In this document: in pieces, positions 39,056 to 48,062 of the stretch
Position numbering within the stretch: position 1 is the first letter of the stretch
Layout of the letters: each line of letters begins with the position of its first letter
IMG/VR virus record: IMGVR_UViG_3300028840_001809
Reading direction: 5' to 3' (one strand)
Source: a virus
Length of the DNA: 52,385 nt
Notes under the pieces: generated by a model
Seen by the model: the letters and a program-made list of their open reading frames with translations, nothing else
Told to the model about the DNA's origin: nothing
Database searches by the model: none
Translations under genes and position numbers: made by a program

Positions 39056-40093
39056 TTACGGCTTATACAGGATGCCCTGACGACGGAGGTTTGTGCAGAC
39101 GACATTCAGCGTCACATCGAGATCGACTCGCCGGACAGTATGCCTATTAGGCACCATATACGGCTTCGACAAGTTATTCTGCCAACCGGCGAGAACACCA
39201 ATCGCCATCCATTTCCAATCAATCATGTACACCGGGTCCTCGGCGTCGTTGTCAAGGTATGGTGCGTACGTGACCGGCGTGCTCTTAAAGAGCGTCTTGC
39301 CGTCCTTACTCGCCAGATCGTTACCGAGGTTCATATTCTGAGCCTCAAGCAACTCCTCCGTGATTCCAATCACGTCGTCATTCGTGTAGATGCCGTTACG
39401 CATCTTGCCAAGCTGCGGCGTGGCGTGTGAAATCGGCGACCGGAACTTCGTCTGCCGGTGACACTTTCGCATCTTGCGAATCAGGTCTTCCTTGCTAACC
39501 GCAGCGTAGTCATCAGCCCAGTTACCCCATCGGGTATAGGTCGTCGAATCGATACCGCCGCGACCCGAAGCAAAGCCAGACGGATTCGATGCGTCGAAAG
39601 TCCCGGTGGTGTTTCGTGTAATCCAGTAGTTTTTGAGACCAAACGGCGTCTTCTCATCTGAGCTATCGGCCGCACCTTCCCAAATGAACTCTTCGAGCTT
39701 CTCGAAGAAACTCACCATCATGGCGACATATCGAGTCTTGACGAGATCGACGATCGCTACGCCACCGCGCTGGAACGCCTTCTCGCGTTGATCGAAGATG
39801 TAATGAGCGTTGACGTGCCGCGGCTGGACTCGGCCACGAACCATGGTATCCGTCAACGAACTACCGTCCGTCTCGTACAACTCAACCGCACGGGCACTAT
39901 GGTTGTGGTCTGTCTGAGCTTCCCACTCCCAATCATCGCCACCCGTGAACTTCTTGACGCGGTTCTTCCACATCTCCCGAACCGCAACATGGTCTTGCAG
40001 GTCGGTCTGCAAGTCCACAAACGCACCACGCTTGATGAGATTCTGCTGAGTCAGCAGAACAGCATCGGGAATATCAGCATACTGAAGACCCAT
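39056..40093 (-). CDS. Putative major capsid protein (345 aa)
   Basis: The call rests on position (terminase, portal, scaffold, then this gene), on size, and on the absence of other candidates. It was not verified by motif. Confidence 0.65.
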   Translation of the reverse strand: MGLQYADIPDAVLLTQQNLIKRGAFVDLQTDLQDHVAVREMWKNRVKKFTGGDDWEWEAQTDHNHSARAVELYETDGSSLTDTMVRGRVQPRHVNAHYIFDQREKAFQRGGVAIVDLVKTRYVAMMVSFFEKLEEFIWEGAADSSDEKTPFGLKNYWITRNTTGTFDASNPSGFASGRGGIDSTTYTRWGNWADDYAAVSKEDLIRKMRKCHRQTKFRSPISHATPQLGKMRNGIYTNDDVIGITEELLEAQNMNLGNDLASKDGKTLFKSTPVTYAPYLDNDAEDPVYMIDWKWMAIGVLAGWQNNLSKPYMVPNRHTVRRVDLDVTLNVVCTNLRRQGILYKP

Positions 40094-40119
40094 TCTCTGC
40101 CCCTAGTATTCAGCGAAGA

Positions 40120-41148
40120 TCAGACGCCGAATTTCGCTTTCAGCGCGTCGGCCGCCTCCTCTTCTGGTGTCGATTTACTCTTAGCTTTCGGCCCGGCAAC
40201 TCGCTGAACGTGCTTCAAGGCACGCTTCGCCAGCTTCCCAGCCAATCGTTCCTGCCCAACCTGCTGATACTTGTCTCTAAGCACCAGCCTTGCCGCCGCA
40301 TCGAACACCTGTTCTCGTGGAGGCGCTTCCTGGCCCATGGCCTGATAGCCGGCCATCATCACGGCCATTTGATTCGCAATCGCCTCTCGATTGGCGAACT
40401 GCGAACTTCCTCGGTCCAGCGACCTGTAGCCGCCGGAGCCAAGGGCATCGGCGAAATCCTCACCGAGTTCCTTAACCTGCCCGTCGAACCACCGTTCGAC
40501 TTCCTGCGCAGCCGCCATCTCGGCGTTGCGCGATGTCTGCTCTTGCTGCTGCTCGAATTCCTTGATCTTGCCATACTGGCCAGCCAAGACTTTCTTGACC
40601 TTACCGAACAGCTCGACGACTTCGGGGTCGTACTTCTCGGGGTCGAGGTCCAGATCGGCGAACGGGTCCTCTTTCTCTTTCAGCGCCTCCTTCTTCTCTG
40701 GCTCTTGCCTGGCCGGCTGCCGCCCACGCTCCATCGCCGACACAATCCGATCGAGCGACTGTTCACTCGGGAATGCCAAGGCGTCCTTGAGATCCATCCC
40801 TGCATTGAGTGCTCTCGCAATGATTTCGTCGCTCAACTCAGGGGCGTCATCGCTGTCACTCTCTTCAGCCTCCGACTCATCCTCCTGCTCGTCGTCCTGC
40901 TCGCCGTCCTGTCCTACCTCCGACTCTGATTCGCTCTCTTGGCTGTCATCCTCAATCGACTCAGCTTCAGAAGTAGTGCTGTCCTCTTCTGAATCCTCAT
41001 CAGGTTTCGCGAGCTGTTCATCGAATTCACCTCCGACCACCTGTTCATCAGGGGCCCTCTCCTCTGGATCGCTGGCAATCCCCTGGTTCTCGAACGATAC
41101 GTTCTCGACTGCCTTCTCGATTTCCGCAGTCAGCTTGTCACTGGGCAT
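40120..41148 (-). CDS. Putative scaffolding protein (342 aa), highly acidic N-terminal half and a coiled coil
   Basis: It has long D/E/S runs (EDDSQESESESEVGQDGEQDDEQEDESEAEESDSDD) and lies between the portal and capsid genes. Confidence 0.6.
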   Translation of the reverse strand: MPSDKLTAEIEKAVENVSFENQGIASDPEERAPDEQVVGGEFDEQLAKPDEDSEEDSTTSEAESIEDDSQESESESEVGQDGEQDDEQEDESEAEESDSDDAPELSDEIIARALNAGMDLKDALAFPSEQSLDRIVSAMERGRQPARQEPEKKEALKEKEDPFADLDLDPEKYDPEVVELFGKVKKVLAGQYGKIKEFEQQQEQTSRNAEMAAAQEVERWFDGQVKELGEDFADALGSGGYRSLDRGSSQFANREAIANQMAVMMAGYQAMGQEAPPREQVFDAAARLVLRDKYQQVGQERLAGKLAKRALKHVQRVAGPKAKSKSTPEEEAADALKAKFGV

Positions 41149-41157
41149 GTCTCTCTC

Positions 41158-41532
41158 CTAACAAAAAGAGTTTCTGACATTCATGCCGCGCACAGCCAAA
41201 GCCTTCTTTTGATGTGTGGCTGATTCATAGACAGGGTCACCATTCCTGTTTACCTCTGTTGGAACGCCACGCTTACGCAAATAATCCCGGAGTTCACCTG
41301 CCTGATCCGGATGAACGCCGGAGGCGTAACAAGTCATTGGCCACGCAGCCTTGCTATGCCGTCCACTACCGGCACGAACGGAGATCGTCGAGCCGGCGAG
41401 TTCTGCCCGGAGGTCACGGACGGCCCGAGCGCCATCGACCTCCACCTCGCCAGGGGCCTCCCCGAACGGAAAGACCCGATCGACAATCTCGCCTTCAGCG
41501 GTACGGTAGCAGTACGTAGGCATACCTTCCAC
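41158..41532 (-). CDS. Hypothetical protein (124 aa from GTG 41532, or 121 aa from ATG 41523)
   Basis: It lies between the portal and scaffold genes and begins MPTYCYRTAEGEIV. Confidence 0.45.
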   Translation of the reverse strand: MEGMPTYCYRTAEGEIVDRVFPFGEAPGEVEVDGARAVRDLRAELAGSTISVRAGSGRHSKAAWPMTCYASGVHPDQAGELRDYLRKRGVPTEVNRNGDPVYESATHQKKALAVRGMNVRNSFC

Positions 41533-41624
41533 ACTACCAGAAGAACCGGCAAAAAAAGCGTTGGCGTGAAAATGCTAACCGCAGAGACATAACGTGTTCT
41601 TGTGGCGGTACTTACAGAGAAAAC

Positions 41625-41673
41625 GTGTCAGATATGACACAACTTTCAAGGGAAACCACGCCAGATATGACAC
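41625..41673. promoter_or_regulatory. Duplicated 12-mer CAGATATGACAC (41629-41640 and 41662-41673); the first copy lies in the palindrome GTGTCA-GATA-TGACAC
   Basis: There are two exact copies 33 bp apart in the 150-bp gap after the portal gene. This is one of the few intergenic gaps in the late operon. Confidence 0.5.
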
Positions 41674-41682
41674 GATTTTCGT

Positions 41683-43434
41683 CTAAGCGCTCCGGCGACC
41701 CAGCGATGCCACCTCACTCCCTTGAGGCTGCCCACCCATAAGGGCATCCTGGAGGATCTGGCTCTTGCCGTGGTCCGTAGCGCCTGGCCGATTGACTCGC
41801 TCATAAGTCCGCGTCGTGTGAATCGGCATCCCAGGAGGTTCAGCGCCAGGCGCATGAGCCTGGTCGGCCCAGATGATTAGCCTCCTTAGCTCGTCGAAGT
41901 CCGAGTACTTCGCAATAATCTCAAAGAGCAACTGGATATCAAGTACGCCACCAACTTCTTGAATCTGCGGCATCATTGGCGACACGAAACGCTGAAGAAT
42001 CATTTCGAGCTTCTGCATCTTCGCCGCCGGCGAGTCGTCCTGAAGCGAGTACACGTCGATGTCGAGATCATAGAAATCGAACTGCCCTTGCTTTGAGGAT
42101 TGATCCCATGGAACGACGATCGAGAGGTTCGTACCGGGAATCCCCTTCGTGAGCACACGCCGTCGAACTGGGTCACTCCACTCGTGATAGGCGAGGACAC
42201 CGAAGAGCTTCTTTGAGAAGTCAATAACCTGAAGGGCCATGTCGCGGAGCTGAGCGTTCGACGCCTCGGCCATGAGCTTATCCTGCCCCAGTGTCTCGGC
42301 CTGCGGCGCGAGGCCACCGAGCGAATCAAGGTTAGATGCGAAATAGCTGGCAATGTCACGGCACTGCAACCAGAACGCTAGGCCCAACTGATCCACGCCA
42401 CCGACCTGCAAGCTCTTCGGCTCGGCACCGTTGTACGTAATCCCATCGCAGTCATTGGCGCCCTGGAATTGCTTAGCGCTCTCCTCATCGCCACCAGAAA
42501 ACCCAAGGACCGACTTCTGGGCGTCGGCTTGATCGCCAAGCTTACGGAACAATGAGTTGGCCATCTCATGGAGGTCGCGCCACATAGCCACCGGCGGAAG
42601 TGGCATGAGGTTACCCGGAACATGATCGAAGCCAAGCCCGATATAGGGGCCGTGCTTCGGTTCGTCCTGCTCGACTACCTTCAGTCGCTTCTCCGCCCTA
42701 ACGGCGTATGTCACCATCAACCGCTCTTTCGGCAGCCATACATCACGTAGCTTGATCTTCTCGCGGAACACCTCAGCCGACGAGTTTATCGAGATACTCT
42801 CAGCACGATCCTCGCCGGCAGAACCAATGACCGTAAACTCATCGGCCTTCAGATCGCGCTTCGCATTCTTTGGGAACCAATCGGAGTCCATTACGTCTTC
42901 GTAGTCCACCCAGTATTCGTTGCCGATATACTGAATCTGATCCATTCTCGTCGCGGCCATATCAATCAAGAGATCGTCCAGCGTCACGATATCAACAAAC
43001 GGCTGGCCATAGTCGTGCCCGAGAATCTCGCCAACCGTATGCAGCCCGGTCTTCACCCAACCAGACGAGAACAGGGCCTCGATAACGACATTCCGGAGGG
43101 TATGCTGTAAATCAATCTCGGCTGGTATCTGATTAAGTGCCAACTCAAAGTTCGCAGCTACCGGCTCGAAGCCAGGTTCGTTCGTTCCGATAAGGACCCT
43201 TGGTGCCCGAGGCGCTAGTAACCGTGCGAAGATCGTCACGGCCAGCTTTAAGAACGGAGTCGGTACACGCTTCTCGGCACCTTCCTCGGAATAGTGATAT
43301 CCAACAAACTCCTTAATCGCCTCCACTCGCTTACTGCGAGGGAACTCTAACTGTTGCTGCGACCACTCAATGCTCTTATGAAGCCGCTCGAACTCTCTGG
43401 CTTTCAGCGGATTTGTCTCTGCCATTACCCCCAT
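41683..43434 (-). CDS. Putative portal protein (583 aa)
   Basis: It lies directly after, and overlaps, the large terminase gene, and its size is typical of a portal. The alternative start ATG 43424 is possible. Confidence 0.65.
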   Translation of the reverse strand: MGVMAETNPLKAREFERLHKSIEWSQQQLEFPRSKRVEAIKEFVGYHYSEEGAEKRVPTPFLKLAVTIFARLLAPRAPRVLIGTNEPGFEPVAANFELALNQIPAEIDLQHTLRNVVIEALFSSGWVKTGLHTVGEILGHDYGQPFVDIVTLDDLLIDMAATRMDQIQYIGNEYWVDYEDVMDSDWFPKNAKRDLKADEFTVIGSAGEDRAESISINSSAEVFREKIKLRDVWLPKERLMVTYAVRAEKRLKVVEQDEPKHGPYIGLGFDHVPGNLMPLPPVAMWRDLHEMANSLFRKLGDQADAQKSVLGFSGGDEESAKQFQGANDCDGITYNGAEPKSLQVGGVDQLGLAFWLQCRDIASYFASNLDSLGGLAPQAETLGQDKLMAEASNAQLRDMALQVIDFSKKLFGVLAYHEWSDPVRRRVLTKGIPGTNLSIVVPWDQSSKQGQFDFYDLDIDVYSLQDDSPAAKMQKLEMILQRFVSPMMPQIQEVGGVLDIQLLFEIIAKYSDFDELRRLIIWADQAHAPGAEPPGMPIHTTRTYERVNRPGATDHGKSQILQDALMGGQPQGSEVASLGRRSA

Positions 43435-45242
43435 CCATCTGCATGTAGCAGTTCTCTGTTTGGTTTACGTTCATCCTGTTCGCGCATCTGTCGCCGCCAT
43501 GCAAGACTGCCGACCGGAATCTTGCGTTGTTCATGTTGCTCCGGCCTCGACTTCCGGTCGGTGATACCGCGCCACGCCAAGGCGTCGGCAATCACACGGT
43601 CACCGTGGTTCCCTTTCGCGCCGGTCGGGTCCACCTTGTTATCCTCAATCGAGTGCGAGACGCCGCCCTTGTTATCGAAGAGATATTCGAGCGTCTCCTG
43701 AAGCGCGATCTTCGACCTGTTTACACAGGCAAACTTCTCGACAGCCGCGCGATACTCGCCCATCAGTACGAGCTTCGTCTCCTTCGTGCTGGCCCATCCC
43801 GGCACATCCGAAACCTTCTTCGAGATCGATTCCTCACGGCGCCGGTAGTAGATGTTCCCGTACTTCAGCTCTAAAACCCGCGATCCGAATTGCCGGCCTG
43901 GGCCATTACTCTCCCAGATAATCAGAGCACCATCGAACCACCTGGCAAGCGCCACAACCTGCCTGGCAAACTCCTCGGGGCGAATGTACGGATTGGCGTA
44001 CTCGAAGAGCTTCTCGTTCGTCACGGCGTCATAGCCACAGGCGCACGAGTTCGATGAGCCGGTTCCAGCCGATACGTCCACGCCGATGACAACGCGGTGT
44101 TCCCGCGGCGGGTTGCCGTCTTTATTGAGCAGACACCAGAGGTGAAGCCGACCATCCTGGCACTCACGGAAAGCGACAGGTTCAGCCGTGATGGAGTCGT
44201 ATTCCAGATCACCCACTAGGCTCGGCGGCCGGGCGAAGCGGCGAATGGCTTCCTGAATCGCAGTGGCCGAGAAATACTGGTAGCCGGAGCCGAGATAGTC
44301 GATATCCAGCTCGGTCGCGATCTCACGCTCTGAGACGGTGCGCTTGCACTCATTGTCATACCACGGTGACCGGAGCTTGCCGTCCAAGATCGGATGGTAG
44401 TTAGCCGGATACCCGCTGTAGTCGAAGACTTCCAGCCCGCCGTCATCGGCTGTCTTGTAGAGCCCATGGTTCTTCAGCGGGTGCTCGCTCCAATGGAAGC
44501 GAAGCTTCTGAATGCCAGTCTGCCGTATATCGTAATATGCATTACCTACGCCGTTCGGCGTCGAGTTGAAGAGCCGGCATTTCGTGGCGTCTCGGGTAGC
44601 ATTCAAGACACGATGCCCGAACTCATCGACGGCAGCGAACTCATCTAAGAGGATTCCAGACCGCCGGTCACCACGAGCGAAGTTGGCTGTCGTACTCTCG
44701 CCGTCGATGACGCTCTCGGTCTGCGGGTTGTAGATGTGCATCTTAGAGCGGCACGATCTATCAAAGCCCCGCGGCATCAGCCAACCCGGAAGGTTCTTAT
44801 GGATAAAGTCCACCTTCCAGAAGAGTGACTTGGGGTTATCTGACTTATCGACGTACTCCTCGACCCGACTACCCATCAGAAACGAGAGCATCTCGTGGAA
44901 ATGCCAAGCCCACTCGAAGCCGAGGATACACAGCCACGAGGCCCCCATGTCTCGTGACTTCTCGACCAGCAGATCGTGGTCATTGATCGCCAGAATGATC
45001 TCCCTAAGCCCGTATTCCTGAAACGGGTAGAGAATCATCGGGACCTTTGGGAAAGGCTCCCTGCGCGGATCGTACGTCCACACGAACCCGTTAACGTAGA
45101 AGATTGGGTCCTGCCTACATGCGTCCCAGATTACGTCCGCATACGACTGATCTTCCATGACCTGACGATAGACGTTCGCCCGCCACCGCATATTCTCAGC
45201 GAGGTCGGTCGGAACCCGATACGAGAGCTGAGAGAAATGCAC
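43425..45242 (-). CDS. terL: Terminase large subunit
   Basis: It is 605 aa, with a Walker-A-like VEKSRDMGASW and Walker B GILLDEFAAV, followed by a nuclease-sized C-terminal half. The start is GTG 45242, overlapping the upstream TAG. Confidence 0.85.
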   Translation of the reverse strand: MHFSQLSYRVPTDLAENMRWRANVYRQVMEDQSYADVIWDACRQDPIFYVNGFVWTYDPRREPFPKVPMILYPFQEYGLREIILAINDHDLLVEKSRDMGASWLCILGFEWAWHFHEMLSFLMGSRVEEYVDKSDNPKSLFWKVDFIHKNLPGWLMPRGFDRSCRSKMHIYNPQTESVIDGESTTANFARGDRRSGILLDEFAAVDEFGHRVLNATRDATKCRLFNSTPNGVGNAYYDIRQTGIQKLRFHWSEHPLKNHGLYKTADDGGLEVFDYSGYPANYHPILDGKLRSPWYDNECKRTVSEREIATELDIDYLGSGYQYFSATAIQEAIRRFARPPSLVGDLEYDSITAEPVAFRECQDGRLHLWCLLNKDGNPPREHRVVIGVDVSAGTGSSNSCACGYDAVTNEKLFEYANPYIRPEEFARQVVALARWFDGALIIWESNGPGRQFGSRVLELKYGNIYYRRREESISKKVSDVPGWASTKETKLVLMGEYRAAVEKFACVNRSKIALQETLEYLFDNKGGVSHSIEDNKVDPTGAKGNHGDRVIADALAWRGITDRKSRPEQHEQRKIPVGSLAWRRQMREQDERKPNRELLHADGWG

Positions 45243-45859
45243 TACGCGGCCATACTGCCTTCCCTCTCTTCTTGGCCTTGGATTCGCGAAAGCATCCTCT
45301 CAATCTCCTCGACGCTCCGTCGCCCAGCCTTGCGTGTCCGCCGGTCCTCTTCTTCGATCGGATCAACCTTCGACTCGACCTGACCGAGGCGCTGCATAAA
45401 CTCCTTTGGCTGCTCCTTCGCCTGGATATAGAGGAAGTACGCCTGGTCGTTCGGGCAGCTCTTCGGCTCCTCGCCTTTCCGTAGGAACACCCCGGCAGCC
45501 GTAAGAGCCCACGAGATGTTCTCCCGGTAAGACAATTCTTCGCCCTCGCAACGGACCGCTCGCTCCTTCTTGTCTGGCTTCGGAGTCTTAGGATGTGAGT
45601 CTGGGTGCGGGTCGTACTGTGACACGTCATACTCGCGGAAGAGCTGATTGAGGCACGGGAAGTCCTTGGCCGCCTGAACGGTGGCCTGATTCAGTGTCAT
45701 CGCCCCACCCTTCTGGAACTCCTCGGTCAATCGCTGGAACTTCAGATAGGTCAGCTTCTCCCGGTCGGTCTTGCCGGGGTCCTGGCGCCAGAGGATCGAC
45801 CGGGCCCGCGATCGAAACTCCTTGATTGCAGCAGACGGCGACAGGCCCTTACCCGGCAC
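45242..45859 (-). CDS. Hypothetical protein (205 aa from GTG 45859); a small terminase candidate by position only
   Basis: It lies immediately upstream of terL, and AGAGAGGG precedes GTG 45859. I recognised no DNA-binding motif. Confidence 0.35.
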   Translation of the reverse strand: MPGKGLSPSAAIKEFRSRARSILWRQDPGKTDREKLTYLKFQRLTEEFQKGGAMTLNQATVQAAKDFPCLNQLFREYDVSQYDPHPDSHPKTPKPDKKERAVRCEGEELSYRENISWALTAAGVFLRKGEEPKSCPNDQAYFLYIQAKEQPKEFMQRLGQVESKVDPIEEEDRRTRKAGRRSVEEIERMLSRIQGQEEREGSMAA

Positions 45860-46022
45860 GGCGCAACCCTCTCTTTCCGTAGCTTGGGCACCCCGTATTT
45901 GGACACACACTCAGAACTGTCCAGGCGCCGCAATAGCGACACCGAAACTCAGCGCGGCGACTAGCCCTCTCTTGGCGGTAGGCGCGCTGAGCCTGCATGA
46001 GTGTATCGCCTTCCTTACTCAT
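45849..46022 (-). CDS. Small zinc-ribbon protein (57 aa)
   Basis: ATG 46022 follows GGAGAGGAGAG. The Cys pairs are CRYCG...CPNTGC. Confidence 0.5.
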   Translation of the reverse strand: MSKEGDTLMQAQRAYRQERASRRAEFRCRYCGAWTVLSVCPNTGCPSYGKRGLRRAG

Positions 46023-46117
46023 ATTCTCTCCTCTCCCCTGCGACCAGGAAGCAACATCAGAACGAGCCAGGTAGCCCATACGGTCGCATAGAAAGCCCAT
46101 TGCATTAAGTCATTCAT
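46019..46117 (-). CDS. Possible 32-aa membrane peptide
   Basis: It was hand-translated as MNDLMQWAFYATVWATWLVLMLLPGRRGEERI. It has ATGA overlaps at both ends. Confidence 0.35.
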   Translation of the reverse strand: MNDLMQWAFYATVWATWLVLMLLPGRRGEERI

Positions 46118-46197
46118 GGATCACCACGCATGCCGATGATGGCTATGATCGTAACGACAGCAATGACGCTGGCCACTAGGAGCAGACCGCCAATCAT
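46114..46197 (-). CDS. Possible 27-aa membrane peptide
   Basis: It was hand-translated as MIGGLLLVASVIAVVTIIAIIGMRGDP. It has ATGA overlaps at both ends. Confidence 0.35.
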   Translation of the reverse strand: MIGGLLLVASVIAVVTIIAIIGMRGDP

Positions 46198-46328
46198 TTC
46201 TTCCTTCTCTCTTCGCGCTTCTTGAGTTTCTTACGAATCTCGGAACCGTACTTCTCGGTCCAGCGGCGAGCGATACTGGGGTGCTTGGCCCAGAGATACC
46301 TACGCTGCTTTTCGCTCTTGAAAGGCAT
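46194..46328 (-). CDS. Small basic protein (44 aa)
   Basis: ATG 46328 follows GAGGTGG. The sequence is MPFKSEKQRRYLWAKHPSIARRWTEKYGSEIRKKLKKREERRKK. The KSxxQxR start resembles a small phage protein family (DUF3008-like), from memory only. Confidence 0.45.
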   Translation of the reverse strand: MPFKSEKQRRYLWAKHPSIARRWTEKYGSEIRKKLKKREERRKK

Positions 46329-47418
46329 CGTCCACCTCGCGAATGATATTTGCAAGTTGCATGTAATCCGACTCAGCGGACTCCATAGCCTGCTCAGCAT
46401 AATGCCGGCAATTATCCAGCGCAACTCTCCATCGCTTCAGCTTCTCGCCGGCATCCTCACCACCGCGCAACTTCAGTACTTCGAGGGCTTGCTCGGAGAT
46501 GATCTCGTAGAGCCGCTCGACATCGAACTGGCCGATCTGCTCGACCTGGCGCTTCAGCTTGTCCCTTTCATCGATGGCCTCGCGGTATCGCCGCTGAAGA
46601 TCGCGGTTGACTTCTAGCGCATTATCGCATGTCTTGCGTTCGTCATTCGCGATGTCATCCAGGCTCCTGATGATGTTAATCGCGCATTCGGCAATATCCT
46701 CGCCGTCAGAAGGCTCACCTTTCACCTCCTCAGTGAAAAGGAGCTTATCGATTTCAGCCTTCTGCTCCCTGCATTGAGAACTAAGCTTGATACACTCCTC
46801 TCGCCACACCTTAGCGGAATTACTCTCCTCTTCTGGTGCCTTAGCGTCCTCGATGGACTTTTCGAGCTGCTGGAATTTATCCTGCCACATCTTAATAGCG
46901 GCCTGCTTGATCGAGAGGAGATTGATGAGTTGCTCGATGTCGGAGTCGTACTCGTCACACTCTTGCTCTCTCTCTTCGAGCAACCTTTTCGTCTCTTCGA
47001 GCTGACTCGCTGCACGATAACGCTTACCCTCGATGAAGTCGCGCTCGTTACGCAGCTTCTTGGCCAGCTCAGCCCCTTCCTTAAGCAATTCGGCCACCTC
47101 ATCGAACCGCGTGTACAGACGCCCGATTTCTTGATTCGACATTTCCGCTTGCCAAAAGAGATCGCGCCTTAATCGCCGCACTCGCCACGGTGAGCTGACC
47201 AGCCGGACGACCAGGCGGAGCGGTGTGAAAGCGAGTCTGATCAGGAAGCGGACGATCAACAAAAGGCGCCAGAGGAACCAGCGAACAGGGCGACTAGGCT
47301 TCTCGGTCACTCGGTCGGTCAGCTTAGCAAGCTGATTCATAGTGTCGGGGTCCACAAACACAGCGGTGTCTCTGAGTAGCGATGACTCATGCACGGGCAT
47401 ACGGAACAGGTCGCTCAT
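46300..47418 (-). CDS. Membrane-anchored coiled-coil protein (372 aa); first gene of the minus-strand block
   Basis: It has a GAGGAGA RBS, the hydrophobic/basic segment WFLWRLLLIVRFLIRLAF, and a long acidic coiled coil. Confidence 0.6.
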   Translation of the reverse strand: MSDLFRMPVHESSLLRDTAVFVDPDTMNQLAKLTDRVTEKPSRPVRWFLWRLLLIVRFLIRLAFTPLRLVVRLVSSPWRVRRLRRDLFWQAEMSNQEIGRLYTRFDEVAELLKEGAELAKKLRNERDFIEGKRYRAASQLEETKRLLEEREQECDEYDSDIEQLINLLSIKQAAIKMWQDKFQQLEKSIEDAKAPEEESNSAKVWREECIKLSSQCREQKAEIDKLLFTEEVKGEPSDGEDIAECAINIIRSLDDIANDERKTCDNALEVNRDLQRRYREAIDERDKLKRQVEQIGQFDVERLYEIISEQALEVLKLRGGEDAGEKLKRWRVALDNCRHYAEQAMESAESDYMQLANIIREVDDAFQERKAA

Positions 47419-47638
47419 GGTGTCTCTCCTCTGGGGGCTGGGAATCGATCTTCAGTCCAGCCTACCAGGCGACCGGGCCGAAAATCCGCCGACGTGAAAA
47501 CTGCGGGGCCCCAGGGATGCGCCGGCCAGTAGGCGAGGACGAGGGCAGAGCGTCCTGCCCCATAGAGGGAGTTAGAACTACAATCCCAGAGGGATCGGTC
47601 GGCGCTCGAGGTCAGCCGTCCAATCGGTCGATCCGGCC

Positions 47639-47689
47639 CCATGGACCATGGAGCCTGGCCCGCTTCCATGGAGCCAGGGGCCCCATGGA
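47639..47689. repeat. Four CCATGGA(G/C) units within 51 bp (iteron-like)
   Basis: The copies start at 47639, 47646, 47666 and 47683. Two of them extend to CCATGGAGCC(T/A)GG. Confidence 0.8.
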
Positions 47690-47761
47690 GCAACGCATGC
47701 GCATGAGCCGGGCCCCTGGCCGCTCAGCCACATTCCGGCGGGGCCCCGTATTCCCAGTTGG

Positions 47762-47787
47762 GAATGATCGAGAATGATCGAGAATCG
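47762..47787. repeat. Tandem repeat GAATGATCGA x2 plus a partial GAATCG
   Basis: Read directly from ggaatgatcgagaatgatcgagaatcg. Confidence 0.85.
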
Positions 47788-48029
47788 TACCCCCCGTAGG
47801 TTTAAGGGGCATCAGTGGCACAGAGTTACGACACTAGCAGGTAGGGGGAGAGTTCGATGCAAGCTTGTGTCGCATTTAACCTCTTAGCTTTACTGGAGTT
47901 ACGTGCTAATGTCATATAGTCAGGGGTTCTCTAGGTATAAGGGGAAAAAAGGGAGGTGCTGGAAGAGGTGAGAAACGAGGTGCTTGACGCTGTGACGGAC
48001 TGGGGGGAGAGGGGGGGAGAGCGAAGCTC

Positions 48030-48062
48030 TATATATATAACTATATATATATATTATACTTA
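48030..48062. repeat. (TA)n-rich AT tract, the only such tract noticed in the genome
   Basis: The sequence is tatatatataactatatatatatattatactta. It is preceded by GGGGGGAGAGGGGGGGAGAG. Confidence 0.85.

Noticed and set aside
40210-41161. Plus-strand ORFs of 239 aa and 211 aa antisense to the scaffold gene
   Set aside because: They are low-complexity Leu/Ser-rich mirror translations of the acidic repeat region.
47382-47821. Three overlapping ORFs in the left part of the hub (47382..47777 +, 47415..47693 -, 47612..47821 -). One of them ends in an ATGA overlap with the 372-aa gene.
   Set aside because: All are Gly/Pro/Arg/Trp-rich and read straight through the CCATGG and GGGGCCCC repeats, and none has an RBS. 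The ATGA overlap is automatic because the downstream gene starts ATGAGC. I kept this only as a weak possibility.
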